Below are positions 10,640-21,804 of a DNA stretch of 34,330 nt, in pieces. Numbering within the stretch: position 1 is the first letter of the stretch; the number at the start of each line of letters is the position of its first letter. Origin of the DNA: Squatina squatina (taxonomy: Eukaryota); contig JARFOE010000149.1 of the NCBI GenBank assembly GCA_031763465.1, positions 917,831 to 952,160 of the forward strand, given 5' to 3'. Made by a program: the position numbers and the translations under genes. The notes beneath the pieces were generated by a model. That model was not told where the DNA came from. It did not search any database and saw nothing but the letters and a program-made list of their open reading frames with translations.

Positions 10640-11270
10640 TTATCAAAGCTGGTATAACAATGGATATACCCTCATGCTGATAACTTACAACACTTCATGT
10701 ATCCTGGAAAACCACGCATGTAGGATGTGCCTCCAGTTTCTCGAAATCGAGCTGAGAGTTTCTGAACTTGAGGAGCGTGTGGAGTCTCTACAGGGTTTAC
10801 AAGAGGCTGAAAAGTTCCGGGAGCACGAGTTGCAGGATGTCCTCACAGCTCTGTGGCTCAACAGGGTTTAGGAAGCTATTCAGCATGTGGCCATCTGGCA
10901 AGTTAGTGGGAGGCAGACAGTGCAGGAGTCGTTCAGGAGTGTACGCCTTATGCCAGTGAGGGCGATGTCACCTCAGGGAATACGGCCTAGAACACTTTCA
11001 CGGCATTGGCGGGAAGATGACTACACAGGGAAGCACAGCAAAGTGTTGGAATGCAATGGTGATCGGAGATTCGATAGACAGTGGGATAGAAAGGAGTTTC
11101 TCAACCCAACCACCACGGTCGTCACATGCAATAATTCCTCCCTGGTGCCTGGGTAAAGGACGTCACTCAGATGGTTCAAAACATGTTGAGTTAGGAAGGG
11201 AAGTAGTCAGAACTCGTGTACCATGTGTGAATCAATGATACAGTGGTGAAAATGGTTGAGGTCCTCCTCA
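10640..11270 (+). mobile_element. CR1-type LINE ORF1 remnant (Cys/His motif, coiled coil, SGNH/GDSL esterase-like), frameshifted
   Basis: SCILENHACRMCLQFLEIELRVSELEERVESL (Cys/His motif plus leucine zipper) and VIGDSIDSGIERSF (esterase block I); probable 5' UTR from about 10370. Confidence 0.75.
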
Positions 11271-12368
11271 AACAACCACCACTTGTATTTATATAGCACC
11301 TTTAACGCAGTGAAACATCCCAAGGCGCTTCACAGGGGTATTATAAGACACTAAATTTAACACCGTGCCACATAAGGAGAAATTATGGCTGATGACCAAA
11401 AGCTTGGTCAGGCAGGTAGGTTTTAACGAGCGACTGAAAGGTGGAAAGAGAGGTAGAGAGGTGCAGAGATTCAGGCAGGGAGTTCCAGAGCTTAGGGCCT
11501 TGGCAACAGAAGGCACGGCCACCAATGGTTGAACAATTACAATCAGGGATGCTCAAGAGGGGAGAATTAGAGGAGTGCAGATATTACGGGGGGTTTTGAG
11601 GCTGGAGGAGTTTACCGAAATTGGGACGGGCAAGAGCCATGGAAGGATATGGAAACAAGGATGAGAATTTTCAAATTGAGGCATTGTTTAACCCAGAGCC
11701 AATGTAGGTCAGTGAGCACAGGGGTGATGTGTGAGCGGGACTCGGTCCTAGTTAGGACAAGGGTAGCCGAGTTATCAATGACCTCAGGTTTACATAGGGT
11801 AAAATGTGGCATGCCAGCTAGGTATGCGTTGGAATAGTCAAGTCTCGAGGTAACAAAGGCATGGATGAGGGTGTCACCAGNNNNNNNNNNNNNNNNNNNN
11901 NNNNNNNNNNNNNNNNNNNNNNNNNNNNNNNNNNNNNNNNNNNNNNNNNNNNNNNNNNNNNNNNNNNNNNNNNNNNNNNNGGGCAAAGAAGGCACAGCCA
12001 CCAATGGTTGAGCAATTATAATCAGGGATGTTCAAGAGGGCAGAATTAGAGGAGTGCAGACATCTCGGGGGGGTGGATTAGAGAGATAGGGAGGGATGAG
12101 GTCATGGAGGGATTTGTAAGCAAGGTTGAGAATTTTGAAAATCGAGGCGCTGCTTAACCAAGAGCTGATGCAGGTCAGCGAACACAGGGGTGATGGGTGG
12201 ATGGGACTTGGAGAGTTAGGACGCAAGCAGCCAAGTTTTGGATGATCTCAAGTTTACATAGGGTAGAACGTGGGAAGCTAGCCAGGAGCGCGTTAGAATA
12301 GTCAAGTCTAGAGGTAACAAAGGCATGGATGAGGGTTTCAGCAGCGGATGAAGTGAGGCAAGGGTGGA
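11271..12368 (-). mobile_element. L2-type LINE 3' fragments (two copies across a gap)
   Basis: TLIHAFVTSRLDYSNA.LA...HITPVL.DLHWL...KILIL; L2 tail at 11271-11340. Confidence 0.9.
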
Positions 12369-12373
12369 GACAG

Positions 12374-12484
12374 ATTGGGCGCCCAATTTGTGTTTTGGGT
12401 ATTTCTAGCGCGAAGCGCTGAATTTCGCGCTGGAAATGGGACTCTTTGAAAATTAGTGTTGAACCCGGCAATTAGCCACTTTAG
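12374..12484. mobile_element. CpG-rich palindromic MITE-like fragment
   Basis: Perfect palindrome attgggcgcccaat and an inverted repeat 12401-12414/12424-12437; homologous to 25803-25850. Confidence 0.45.
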
Positions 12485-12585
12485 ANNNNNNNNNNNNNNN
12501 NNNNNNNNNNNNNNNNNNNNNNNNNNNNNNNNNNNNNNNNNNNNNNNNNNNNNNNNNNNNNNNNNNNNNNNNNNNNNNNNNNNNN

Positions 12586-13375
12586 TAAAACAAAATTTGA
12601 CACCAAGCCATATAAGGAGAAATAAAGGTAGATGACAAAGAGGAGCATCGTAAAGGAAGAAAAAGAGGTAGAGAGGTGGAGAGGGGTAAGGGAGGGAATT
12701 TCAGAGCTTAGGGGCTTGGCAGCTGAAGGCATGATCACCAATTGTTGAGCGATTAAAATCAGGGAGGCTGAAGAGGCCAGAATTAGAGGAGTGCAGATAT
12801 CTCGGGGGGTTGTGGGGCTGAGGCAGATTACAGAGATAGGGAGGGGTGAGGCCATGTAGGATTTTGAAAACAAGGATGAGCCTTTTAAAATCGAGGCATT
12901 GCTTAACCGGGATTCAATGTAGGTCAGCGAGCATAAGGGTGATGGATGAACGGTACTTGGTGCGACTTAGGACACGGGCAAGTCTAGAGGTAACAAAGGC
13001 ATGGATGAGGGTTTAAGCAGCAGATAAACTGAAAAAGTGGCATCTCATTGCTTCAGGTTTTAATTGTTAGAGATTTTTAAAATGTAAATGACACCAAGGT
13101 TGCGAATAGTCAGGTTCAGTCTCAGACAGTTGCCAAGGAAAGGGATGGAGTTAATGGCTAGGGAATGACATTTGTGGCAGGGGCCAAAGACAATTGTTTG
13201 GTCTTCCCAAATTTAGTTGGAGGAAATTTCTGCTCATCCAGTACTGAGTGTTGGACAATCAGGCTGACAATTTAGAGACAGTGGAGGGGTCGAGAGAAGT
13301 GGTAGTGAGGTAGAACTTGGTGTCATCAGCGTACATGTGGAAACTGATGCTGTCTTTTTGGATGATGTCGCCGAA
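12586..13375 (-). mobile_element. L2-type LINE fragments (3' end and RT core)
   Basis: 3' region as in the other copies; PFGDIIQKDSISFHMYADDTKFYL on the reverse strand at about 13300-13375. Confidence 0.85.
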
Positions 13376-13379
13376 GGGC

Positions 13380-13730
13380 CGTGGCTAAGGGAATGGAGGA
13401 GTCTGTCTGCCTCCACCTTGGTCTGTGGCTGGATGCAGAGGCTGGAACCCATTCTCTCCAGCGTGGAGAGACTGGCCAATTCCAGCCAGTGACCTGTGGA
13501 GCCTGCTATCACGCAGAGCCTGACGACTGAGGNNNNNNNNNNNNNNNNNNNNNNNNNNNNNNNNNNNNNNNNNNNNNNNNNNNNNNNNNNNNNNNNNNNN
13601 NNNNNNNNNNNNNNNNNNNNNNNNNNNNNNNNTTGCGCCTGGCCAGCTGAATTCCGCAGCGGGTCGACGCATGACGTCATAAAGACGCGTGCCGACCCGC
13701 ACCGCGCAGCCGCAACCCCCTTTGCAGCTG
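13380..13730. mobile_element. GC-rich putative MITE fragments on both sides of a gap
   Basis: CpG-rich with atgacgtcat; gccgcaacccc.tttgc is shared with 1591-1608. Confidence 0.35.
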
Positions 13731-13732
13731 AA

Positions 13733-14430
13733 AGCACTTCACAGGAGTGCAATAAGACAAAAAGTGACACCAAGTCAAAGGAGGAGATATTAGGACTGAT
13801 GACTAAAAGCTTGGTCAAAGAAGTAACTTTTAAAACAGGGTTTTAAGGAGGAGAGGTGGAGAGGCAGAGAGCTTTGGTCGAAAGATCCAGATATTAGAAC
13901 CTAGACGGCAGAAGGCACGGCCACCAAAGGGAGTGGGGGATGCACAAGAGGCCAAAGTTGGAGGAACGTAGAGATCTTGGAGCGTTGTAGGGCTGGGGGA
14001 GGTTACAGATATATGGAGGGCTGAGGCCATGGAGGGATTTGTACACAAGAATGATGATTTTCAAATTGAGATATGGATAGACCAGAAGGCAATGTCGGTC
14101 ATTGAGCACAGGGGTGATGGGTGAGTAGGACATGGTTAGGATAAGGACAGCAAAGTTTTGGATGAGTTCAAGTTTACGGAGGGTGGTAGATGGGAGGCCG
14201 GCCAGGAGAGCATTGCAATAGTCGAATCTGGAGGTAACAAAAGCGTGGATGAGGGTTTCAGCAGCAGGTGAACAGAGGAAGGGGCAGAGTCGAGCAATAT
14301 TACATAGGTGGAAATTAGCGATCTTAGTGATATGATCAGAAGCTCATCTTGGGGTCAAATATGAACAGTCTGGTTGACCTCTGACAGTTGCTAGGGTGAG
14401 GGGTGGAGTTGATGGTTAGGGAACAGAGTT
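13733..14430 (-). mobile_element. L2-type LINE 3' fragment
   Basis: SPITPVLNDRHCL..LNLKIIILVYKSLHGLSPPYICNL; TLIHAFVTSRFDYCNALLAGLP. Confidence 0.9.
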
Positions 14431-14701
14431 TCTGCCAGTGAAGTGGCAAGACAAATATATCAATAAAAGAAACCTGGGCCTAATAAACTGTCTTTACAAC
14501 ATGATACACAACACAAAGTAAATGTATCAATTTTATAAAGTAACTATTTTAAACTTGTTTTGGCAATATTGGTGATTTACACTCAGTGCTATGGAGTGAG
14601 AGGGGATATTGAAGTAAAAATAACTACTCCTTGGAATTAAGGAAATATTTTTTGCCCTAATGAGGTAGCAATATTAAAGGCATTTGCACCTTTTATTTCA
14701 G

Positions 14702-14732
14702 AAGTTACTTTGTTTTCCATTTGAAATACGAG
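14702..14732 (+). CDS. Candidate 31-nt internal exon, unidentified
   Basis: ccttttatttcag acceptor and GAG|gtaaaa donor; open as xSYFVFHLKYE or KLLCFPFEIR. Confidence 0.3.
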
Positions 14733-14948
14733 GTAAAATATCCTTCAATGCACAGAGCTTTGGATGGCTNNNNNNNNNNNNNNNNNNNNNNNNNNNNNNN
14801 NNNNNNNNNNNNNNNNNNNNNNNNNNNNNNNNNNNNNNNNNNNNNNNNNNNNNNNNNNNNNNNNNNNNNCCTCTAGTTCTGGGGTGTGAAAAACTTTTGA
14901 AGAATAGCACAACAGAGGTTTCACTGATGTGTAAATGCTGACTGATAC

Positions 14949-15348
14949 CATAGAATAGAATCAGAATGATACAGCACAGAAGGAGGCCATTGCACCTGTA
15001 TTGACTCATTGAAAGAGCTATAGTGCCACTCCCCAAAGCCCTGCAAATTTTTACTGTAAAAGTATTTATTCAATTCCTTTTTGAAACTTATTACTGAATT
15101 TGCTTCCACTACCCTTTCAGGCAGTGCATTCCAGATCACAACAACTCGCCAATCCTCATCGCCCCTTTGGTTCTTTAGCTAATTACCTTAAATCTGTGTC
15201 TTCTGGTTATTGACCCTCCTGCCAGTGGAAACAGTCTCTCCCTATGTGATCTGTCAAAACACTTCAAAGTTTTGAACACCTCTATTAATTCTCCCCTTAA
15301 CCTTCTCTGGTGTAAAGAGAACAATCCCAGCTTTTCTAATCTCTCACA
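14949..15348 (-). mobile_element. CR1-type LINE 3' end
   Basis: ERLEKLGLFSLHQRRLRGELIEVFK; IWNALPERVVEANS. Confidence 0.9.
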
Positions 15349-15704
15349 AAACGGAATGATTTGTAGTTGTAACAAAATTTCAGCAGTTTCTACCGCATCA
15401 CCATTGCATGGCCTGTTTTAATAGCCATCTCAACCTAAATGGCAGATTTGGTGGATTCTTTATGGCCTTGATGTTTGAAAACGAGGAACCCATCCTGGGC
15501 TTCCGCGATATTAGTGCCAGCTATTATTGGGACCAACGAGTTTCCTGCTATGGAGAGGAGGAAGGCTCTGAACATATTGAAATCTGGGTCCTATTATATA
15601 CTTCGGACCCCAGACTGAACTTAACCTTTGCAGCACAAGCTTCCCACCATTCTGCAAAGTTGTCAGGGGAACGATGGTGGGATGGGTTGCAACTTTATCA
15701 AGGT

Positions 15705-16650
15705 ACAACAACAGCAACAACGACTTGTATTTATATAGCGCCTTTAATGTAGCAAAACGTCCCATGGCGCTTCACAGGAGTGTTATAAAACAAACATTTG
15801 ACACCAAGCAACATAAGAAGAAATTACGCAGATGACCAAAACCTTGGTCAAAGAGGTAGGTTTTAAGGAGGAAAGAGAGGTAGAGAGGTGGAAAGGTTTA
15901 GGCAGGGAATTCCAGAGCTTAGGGCCGAGGCACCAAAAGCCACGGCCACCAATGGTTGAGCGATTATAATTAGGGATGCTTAAGAGGGCAGAATTACAGG
16001 AGCGCAAACATCTTGGGGGCTTGTGGGACTGAAGCAGATTACAGATATAGGGAGGGGTGAGGCCATGGAGGGATTTGAAAACAAGGATAAGAATTTTGAA
16101 ATCGAGGCATTGCTTAACTGGGAGCCAATGTAGCACAGTGAGCACAGGGGTGATGGGTGAGCGGGATTTGGTGCGAGTTAGGATATGGGCAGCCAAAGTT
16201 TGGATCACCTCTAGTTTACATAGGGTAGATTGTGGGAAGCCAGCCACGAGTGTGTTGGAATAGTCAAGTCTCGAGGTAACCAAGGCATGGATGAGGGCTT
16301 CAGCAGCGGATGTGCTGAGGCAAGGGCGGAGACGGAGGTGGAAATAGGCGGTCTTCGTTATGCTGCGGATATTGTGGTCGAAAGCTCATTTCAGGGTCAA
16401 ATAGGACACCAAGGTTGCGAACAGTCCGGTCAGCCTCAGACAGAAGTTGGGGATGGAGTTCGTGGCTCGGGAACAGAGTTTGAGTCGGGGACTGAAAGCA
16501 ATCGCTTTGCTCTTCCCAATATTCAATTGGAGAACATTTCTGCTCATCCAGATCTAAATGTTGGACAAGCAGTCAGAAAATTTAGAGACTGTGGAAGTTT
16601 GAGAGAAGTGGTAGTGAGGTAGAGCTGGGTGTCGTCGGCTTACATGTGGT
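15705..16650 (-). mobile_element. L2-type LINE 3' part, about 950 bp, with tail
   Basis: 166-aa ORF VTSRLDYSNTLVAG...GGRGFWCLGPKLWNSLP; begins at HM.ADDTQLY; (gtt)n tail. Confidence 0.92.
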
Positions 16651-16910
16651 AAATTAAAGGTAAATTAATAGATAATTTAAATTGCTATATGTTCCTTCAC
16701 CCCCCACCTCGGGAAGCTTGTTTAATTGACATGTTTGAATGACTGTCAATCTCTGAGCAATGCAGGAAATTGTGCTGTTGTGGAATGTCTTAGATCTTCT
16801 CCTTCAGCAATTTGACCAGCTTTTACATTCACTGTCACTGTAGGTCATCAGAATTATAATGTTGTGTGGTGGATTCCTAAAAGACTAGTATTTTTTAATT
16901 TTATTTGTAG

Positions 16911-16980
16911 GTGACATTCAAACTTTCCTACCTCATTGAGTTGTTTCTTCTCGTCATAAAGAAGCCGACATCTTGGCTTG
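16911..16980 (+). CDS. Candidate 70-nt internal exon, unidentified (VTFKLSYLIELFLLVIKKPTSWL)
   Basis: Strong T-rich acceptor ttttttaattttatttgtag and TTG|gtaaca donor; only the phase-0 frame is open. Confidence 0.35.
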
Positions 16981-17222
16981 GTAACAACTGATTTAGAGCA
17001 GGAAACAAAANNNNNNNNNNNNNNNNNNNNNNNNNNNNNNNNNNNNNNNNNNNNNNNNNNNNNNNNNNNNNNNNNNNNNNNNNNNNNNNNNNNNNNNNNN
17101 NNNNNNNNNNAGTGAAAATGAACCTTATTATGTCTCTATTTGTCAGACCTTGAATATCAGACAGCTCAAGAATTTAAACAAGCAGCTATCTTATAGTGAA
17201 TGAAATAGCCTAGCGGTAAGAC

Positions 17223-18700
17223 TGCTACAACCCTCTGAGAACTCTGCATTCCTGCAACTCTTGCCTCTTGTGCATACCCAATATTCTCACCCCTCCATTA
17301 GCAGCTGTGCCTTCAGCTGTCTAAGCTCTAAGCTCTGTAATTCCCTCCCTAAACCTCTCTGCACCTCTGCCTCCCTCTCCTTGAAGACACTCTTGAAAAC
17401 CAACCTCTTTGACCAAGCCTGTCATAATATTGCCTTATGTGGCTCAGTGTCAAATTTTGTCCAATAACACTGTTGTGGAACATTTTACATTAAAGGTGCT
17501 ATATAAAATGCAAGTTATTGTTGCAGGCTGCAAGTTTGTACCCTGACTGATTTCAGTCCTGGCCTCTAGAGTTGCAGGTATTGCAGTTTATTACTGTCTG
17601 AACAACACACAAATATATACCTTAAAAGTTATCAAAGTGTCATTTTCCCTGGCCACTGTCTGAGGCAAAACCAGACTGTCTGCAACCTTGGTGTCGTATT
17701 TGACGACAAGATGAGTTTTCAGCTACATATTCACTGCCTCCTTCCACCTCGGTAATATCGCCCAACTCTGCCCCTGCCTCAGCTCATCTGCTGCTGAAAC
17801 CACCACTTATGCCTTTGTTCCATCTAGACTTGACTATTCCACTGCTCTCCTGGCCAGCCTCCCAGCTTCCACCCTCTATAAACCTGAGCTCATCCAAAAC
17901 TCTGCTGCCCGTAAGTAAACTCGCACCAAGTCCCGTTCACCCCTGTGCTCGCTGACCTACATTGGCTCCCGCCCTGGCAATGTCTCGATTTTAAAATTCT
18001 CANNNNNNNNNNNNNNNNNNNNNNNNNNNNNNNNNNNNNNNNNNNNNNNNNNNNNNNNNNNNNNNNNNNNNNNNNNNNNNNNNNNNNNNNNNNNNNNNNN
18101 NNCTATAGACTAGTCCCCATTTACACTGTGCCATGTTGCCTCTGCCTTTGTTACCTCTAGACTTGACGACTCCAGTGCACTCCTGGCTGGCTTCCCACAT
18201 TCTACCCTACGTAAACCAGAAGTGATCCAAAACTCAGCTGCCTATGTCATAACTCGTACCAAGTCCTGCTCACCCATCACCCCTGTGCTCGCTGACCTAC
18301 ATTGGCTCCCGGTTAAGCAATGCCTCAATTTTAAAATTCTTTTCTTTGTTTTCAAATCCCTACATGGACTCGCCCCTCCCTATCACTGTAATCTCCTCCT
18401 GCCCCACAACACCCCTGAGACATCTGCGCTCCTCTAATTCTGCCCTCTTGAGCATGTCTGATGATAATTGCTCAACCATTGGTTGCCTTGGCCCTAAGCT
18501 CTGGAATTCCCTGCCTAAACCTCTCTTTCCTCTTTCAAGACACTCCTTAAAACCTACCTCTTTGACCTAGATTTTGGTCACCTGCCCTAATTTCTCCTTT
18601 CTCCCCGCTGTCAAATTTTTTAAAAATCTCATAATACTCCTGTGAAGCACCTTGGGACACTTCACTAGGTCAAAGGCGCTATATAAATATAAGTAGTTGC
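17223..18700 (+). mobile_element. Three L2-type LINE 3' fragments (17223-17523, 17645-18001, 18145-18700)
   Basis: SRLDYS, IQNSAA, LADLHWLP and LGPKLWNSLP motifs; tails aaaggYgctatataaa. Confidence 0.88.
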
Positions 18701-19389
18701 TATTGTGGACAGATTCAGCAACAGCAAATAATTCCGCATAAGTGAGTTTCAATCACATGCCTTTGCTCCTATGTTGTGAACACAATTTGAATTCATGATT
18801 CTGCCATCTTGGCCATTACCTTTCCTGATGTCTGGGGTAGGCGTGTACAGGCTAGCAAATTTGAAATGAGTGGGCCGAAAGTTTAGATAGAACCCAATTA
18901 TCGGATGTAATCTAACTGCTGCCACCAGCTGCTGTTAATATTTGTTGCAAGCAGCACCCAACAGAGGCACTCTCTCCCATGGGGAGTCCTGCTGCACTGG
19001 TATTGCTTTGCTTACTTTACAAGGGTGCCCCCAACTGCACTCTTGCTATCTGAAGCAAATCTGTAAATTAATTGGGGTATTAAGAGGATTTAAAAATATA
19101 TATTTTAATGAAAAACTGCTCATTTCAGGCTGAAATTGATACTTAACAGGCACAACACTTGATACTTAGAAGCACTGCAATCAATTCATGNNNNNNNNNN
19201 NNNNNNNNNNNNNNNNNNNNNNNNNNNNNNNNNNNNNNNNNNNNNNNNNNNNNNNNNNNNNNNNNNNNNNNNNNNNNNNNNNNNNNNNNNATAGCACTTT
19301 ATCACCTCAAAACTTCTCACAGCCTTGAAATTCAATGACTTACTTTAACAGAAAGCAGAGATTAGCGGTAAATGGTTATTTGCTCAGAC

Positions 19390-19863
19390 TGAATAATAGA
19401 ATCACAGAATCATAGAGATTTACAGCACAGAAGGAGGCCATTCAGCCTATCGTGTCCGTGCTGGCCGTCAAAGAGCTATCCAGCCTAATGCCACTTTCCA
19501 GCTCTAGACCCATAGCCTTGCAGGATATGGCACTTCAATTGCATATCTAAGTACTTTTTAAATGCGATGGGGTTTTTTTTTGCCTCTAATACCCTTTCCG
19601 GCAGTGAGTTCCAGACCCCCATCACCACCTGGGTAAATAAATTTCTCCTCAACTCCTCTTTAAACTTCCTACCAGTTACTTTAAATTTATGCCCCCTAGT
19701 TATTGAACCCTCTGCTAGTGGGAATAAGTCCTTCCTATCCATTCTATTTAGGTTGCTCATAATTTTATACAACTCAATTAAATCTCCCCTCAGTCTCCTC
19801 TGTTCCAAAGAAAGCACCCCCAGCCTATCCAAATTTTCCTCAAAGGTAATATTCTCCAGTCCA
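19390..19863 (-). mobile_element. CR1-type LINE 3' end
   Basis: 115-aa [27 protein letters not shown]...FTQVVMGVWNSLP. Confidence 0.92.
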
Positions 19864-20007
19864 GNNNNNNNNNNNNNNNNNNNNNNNNNNNNNNNNNNNN
19901 NNNNNNNNNNNNNNNNNNNNNNNNNNNNNNNNNNNNNNNNNNNNNNNNNNNNNNNNNNNNNNNNTAACTACAGATGGTTACTGCAAACAAAGCGGGCCTT
20001 TCCAGTA

Positions 20008-20107
20008 ATAAAAGCAGAGAATACTGGAAATACTCAGCAGGTTAGGCAGCATCTGTGGAGAGAGAGAAATAGAGTTAATGTTTCAGGTCGAAGACCCTCC
20101 GTCAGAA
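20008..20107 (-). mobile_element. Penelope-like mini-element (terminal repeat) with a degenerate hammerhead ribozyme core and a 10-bp TSD
   Basis: Flanked by ctttccagta at 19998-20007 and 20108-20117; reverse strand AGTT-CTGACGG-A-GGGTC-TTC-GACCT-GAAA-CA-TT-AACT. Confidence 0.7.
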
Positions 20108-20147
20108 CTTTCCAGTACTAGTTTTTCTTTTTATTATCTTCTGTTAG

Positions 20148-20214
20148 GAAAGCAGCTTCAGTTATTGCAAAGTACCCAACAAAGATCAAGAGTGGCGCAG
20201 AAGCTAAAAAGCTG
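20148..20214 (+). CDS. POLB: DNA polymerase beta, internal coding exon (equivalent to mammalian exon 3, 8-kDa lyase domain)
   Basis: (R)[22 protein letters not shown] versus human [23 protein letters not shown]; 67 nt; polypyrimidine tract with tag acceptor and CTG|gtaagc donor. Confidence 0.95.
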
Positions 20215-20394
20215 GTAAGCGTTTTCATTTTTGATAACATTTTTTGTAACTTTTTAAAATGCTTTAAACCTGAAATGTATTTAATTTGCTTAATCTTAGC
20301 ATTACTTAAATGATCTGAAGTGAAAGGAGCCAATAGTGGAAGTTATTACCTGAACACATTTGTNNNNNNNNNNGTTTTTATTTTTATTTTTATT

Positions 20395-20877
20395 TTCATA
20401 GAATCATGGAAATTTACAGCACAGAAGGAGGCCGTTTGGTCCATTGTGTCTGCGCCGGCCGAAAAAGAGCTCTCTAGCCTAATCCCACTTTCCAGCTCTC
20501 GGCTCGTAGCCTGTAGGTTACGGCACCTCAAGTGCAAATCAAAGTACATTTCAAATGCGGTGAGGGTTTCTGCCTCTACCACCCTTTTAGGCAGTGAATT
20601 TCGGCTCCCCACCACCCTCTGGGTGAAAAAATTGCTCCTCAACTCCCCTCTAATTCTTCCACTAACATGTCCGCTGGTTATTGACCTCTCCGCTAAGGGA
20701 AATAGGTCTTTCCTATTCACTCTATCTAGGCCCCTCATATTTTAATACACCTCAATTAAATCTCCCCTCAGCCTCCTCTGTTCCAAAGAAAACAATCCCA
20801 GCCGATCCAATCTTTCCTCCAGTCCTTGCAAAATCCTCGTAAATCTCCTCTGCACGGTCTTTAGTGCGATCACATCC
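20395..20877 (-). mobile_element. CR1-type LINE 3' end
   Basis: MRGLDRVNRKDLFPL...FFTQRVVGSRNSLP. Confidence 0.9.
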
Positions 20878-21804
20878 NNNNNNNNNNNNNNNNNNNNNNN
20901 NNNNNNNNNNNNNNNNNNNNNNNNNNNNNNNNNNNNNNNNNNNNNNNNNNNNNNNNNNNNNNNNNNNNNNNNNNNNNGGATAATTTAATTGAATGAGAAA
21001 ATCTAGACTTTAGGATCTTACTGCATGAAATAAACATTGGCTAATCTTGTGATACTGCCATTAACTACATCATTTGAGGCTCCATGCAGCATACTATATA
21101 TCTACTGCTTATTCAGCACTCTTAATCTATGTGTGTATGGAATGACCATATCTTGCATGATTTATATAGGCAGTAGATGGATCTGGTGCAAAAAGCAATT
21201 TCTACATTATGCTGCATAATCTGATTTGCATTCTATTTATGCAGTAGATATCCAATTTAATCTTACATGTTATGATTCAATTGCCAAACCGATCTTAAAA
21301 ATTCTAAATTCAGCATGTGTACCAAACATTTGCTTTGTTAAATATATGCTTTGAAAACAGAATTAAGAACATGTTTGCTAGAATGACAATTACTTTTTAA
21401 AGTGGGTTGTTTTTGGTTTATAAAGAGAAAGAATAATTTTTACAAAGTGAAGTGGCAAGAGAGCACAAGAGGGAGAGAGAGTGGGAGGGAGGGCAAGAGA
21501 AAGAAAGGAGAAACAAGTGAAAGGAAAAATTCTGATAACAAGCAAAATGGGCACTCCACTCAGTGCTTAGAATTCATTCCTTCATAAATGGTTTAATCAC
21601 TCCCGTTGGTGTTTTTCATCTCCATCTTCTGGCATTTTTACTTTCCCTCAAATGTTAGTACCTCAAGTTCCATTAACCACAATGCCAACCTAAAGCTCTT
21701 CAGGCATTGTGAACATAGGTGATGTGCAAGACCACTTTTTCCCCCTCACCCTACATGGAGATATTTGGTGTCCTTCTGCTTTGCAGTTGGAGCCAAAACT
21801 ACTG

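Noticed and set aside
11271-18700. Recurring near-identical segments as a CRISPR or tandem array
   Set aside because: They are independent, diverged, 5'-truncated L2 copies in both orientations with no regular repeat-spacer period.
18713-18747. Small exon ending in TAA|gtgagt as POLB exon 2
   Set aside because: The translation does not match POLB in any frame and the acceptor is poor.
21455-21530. Lys/Arg/Glu-rich ORF
   Set aside because: Purine-rich low-complexity sequence.
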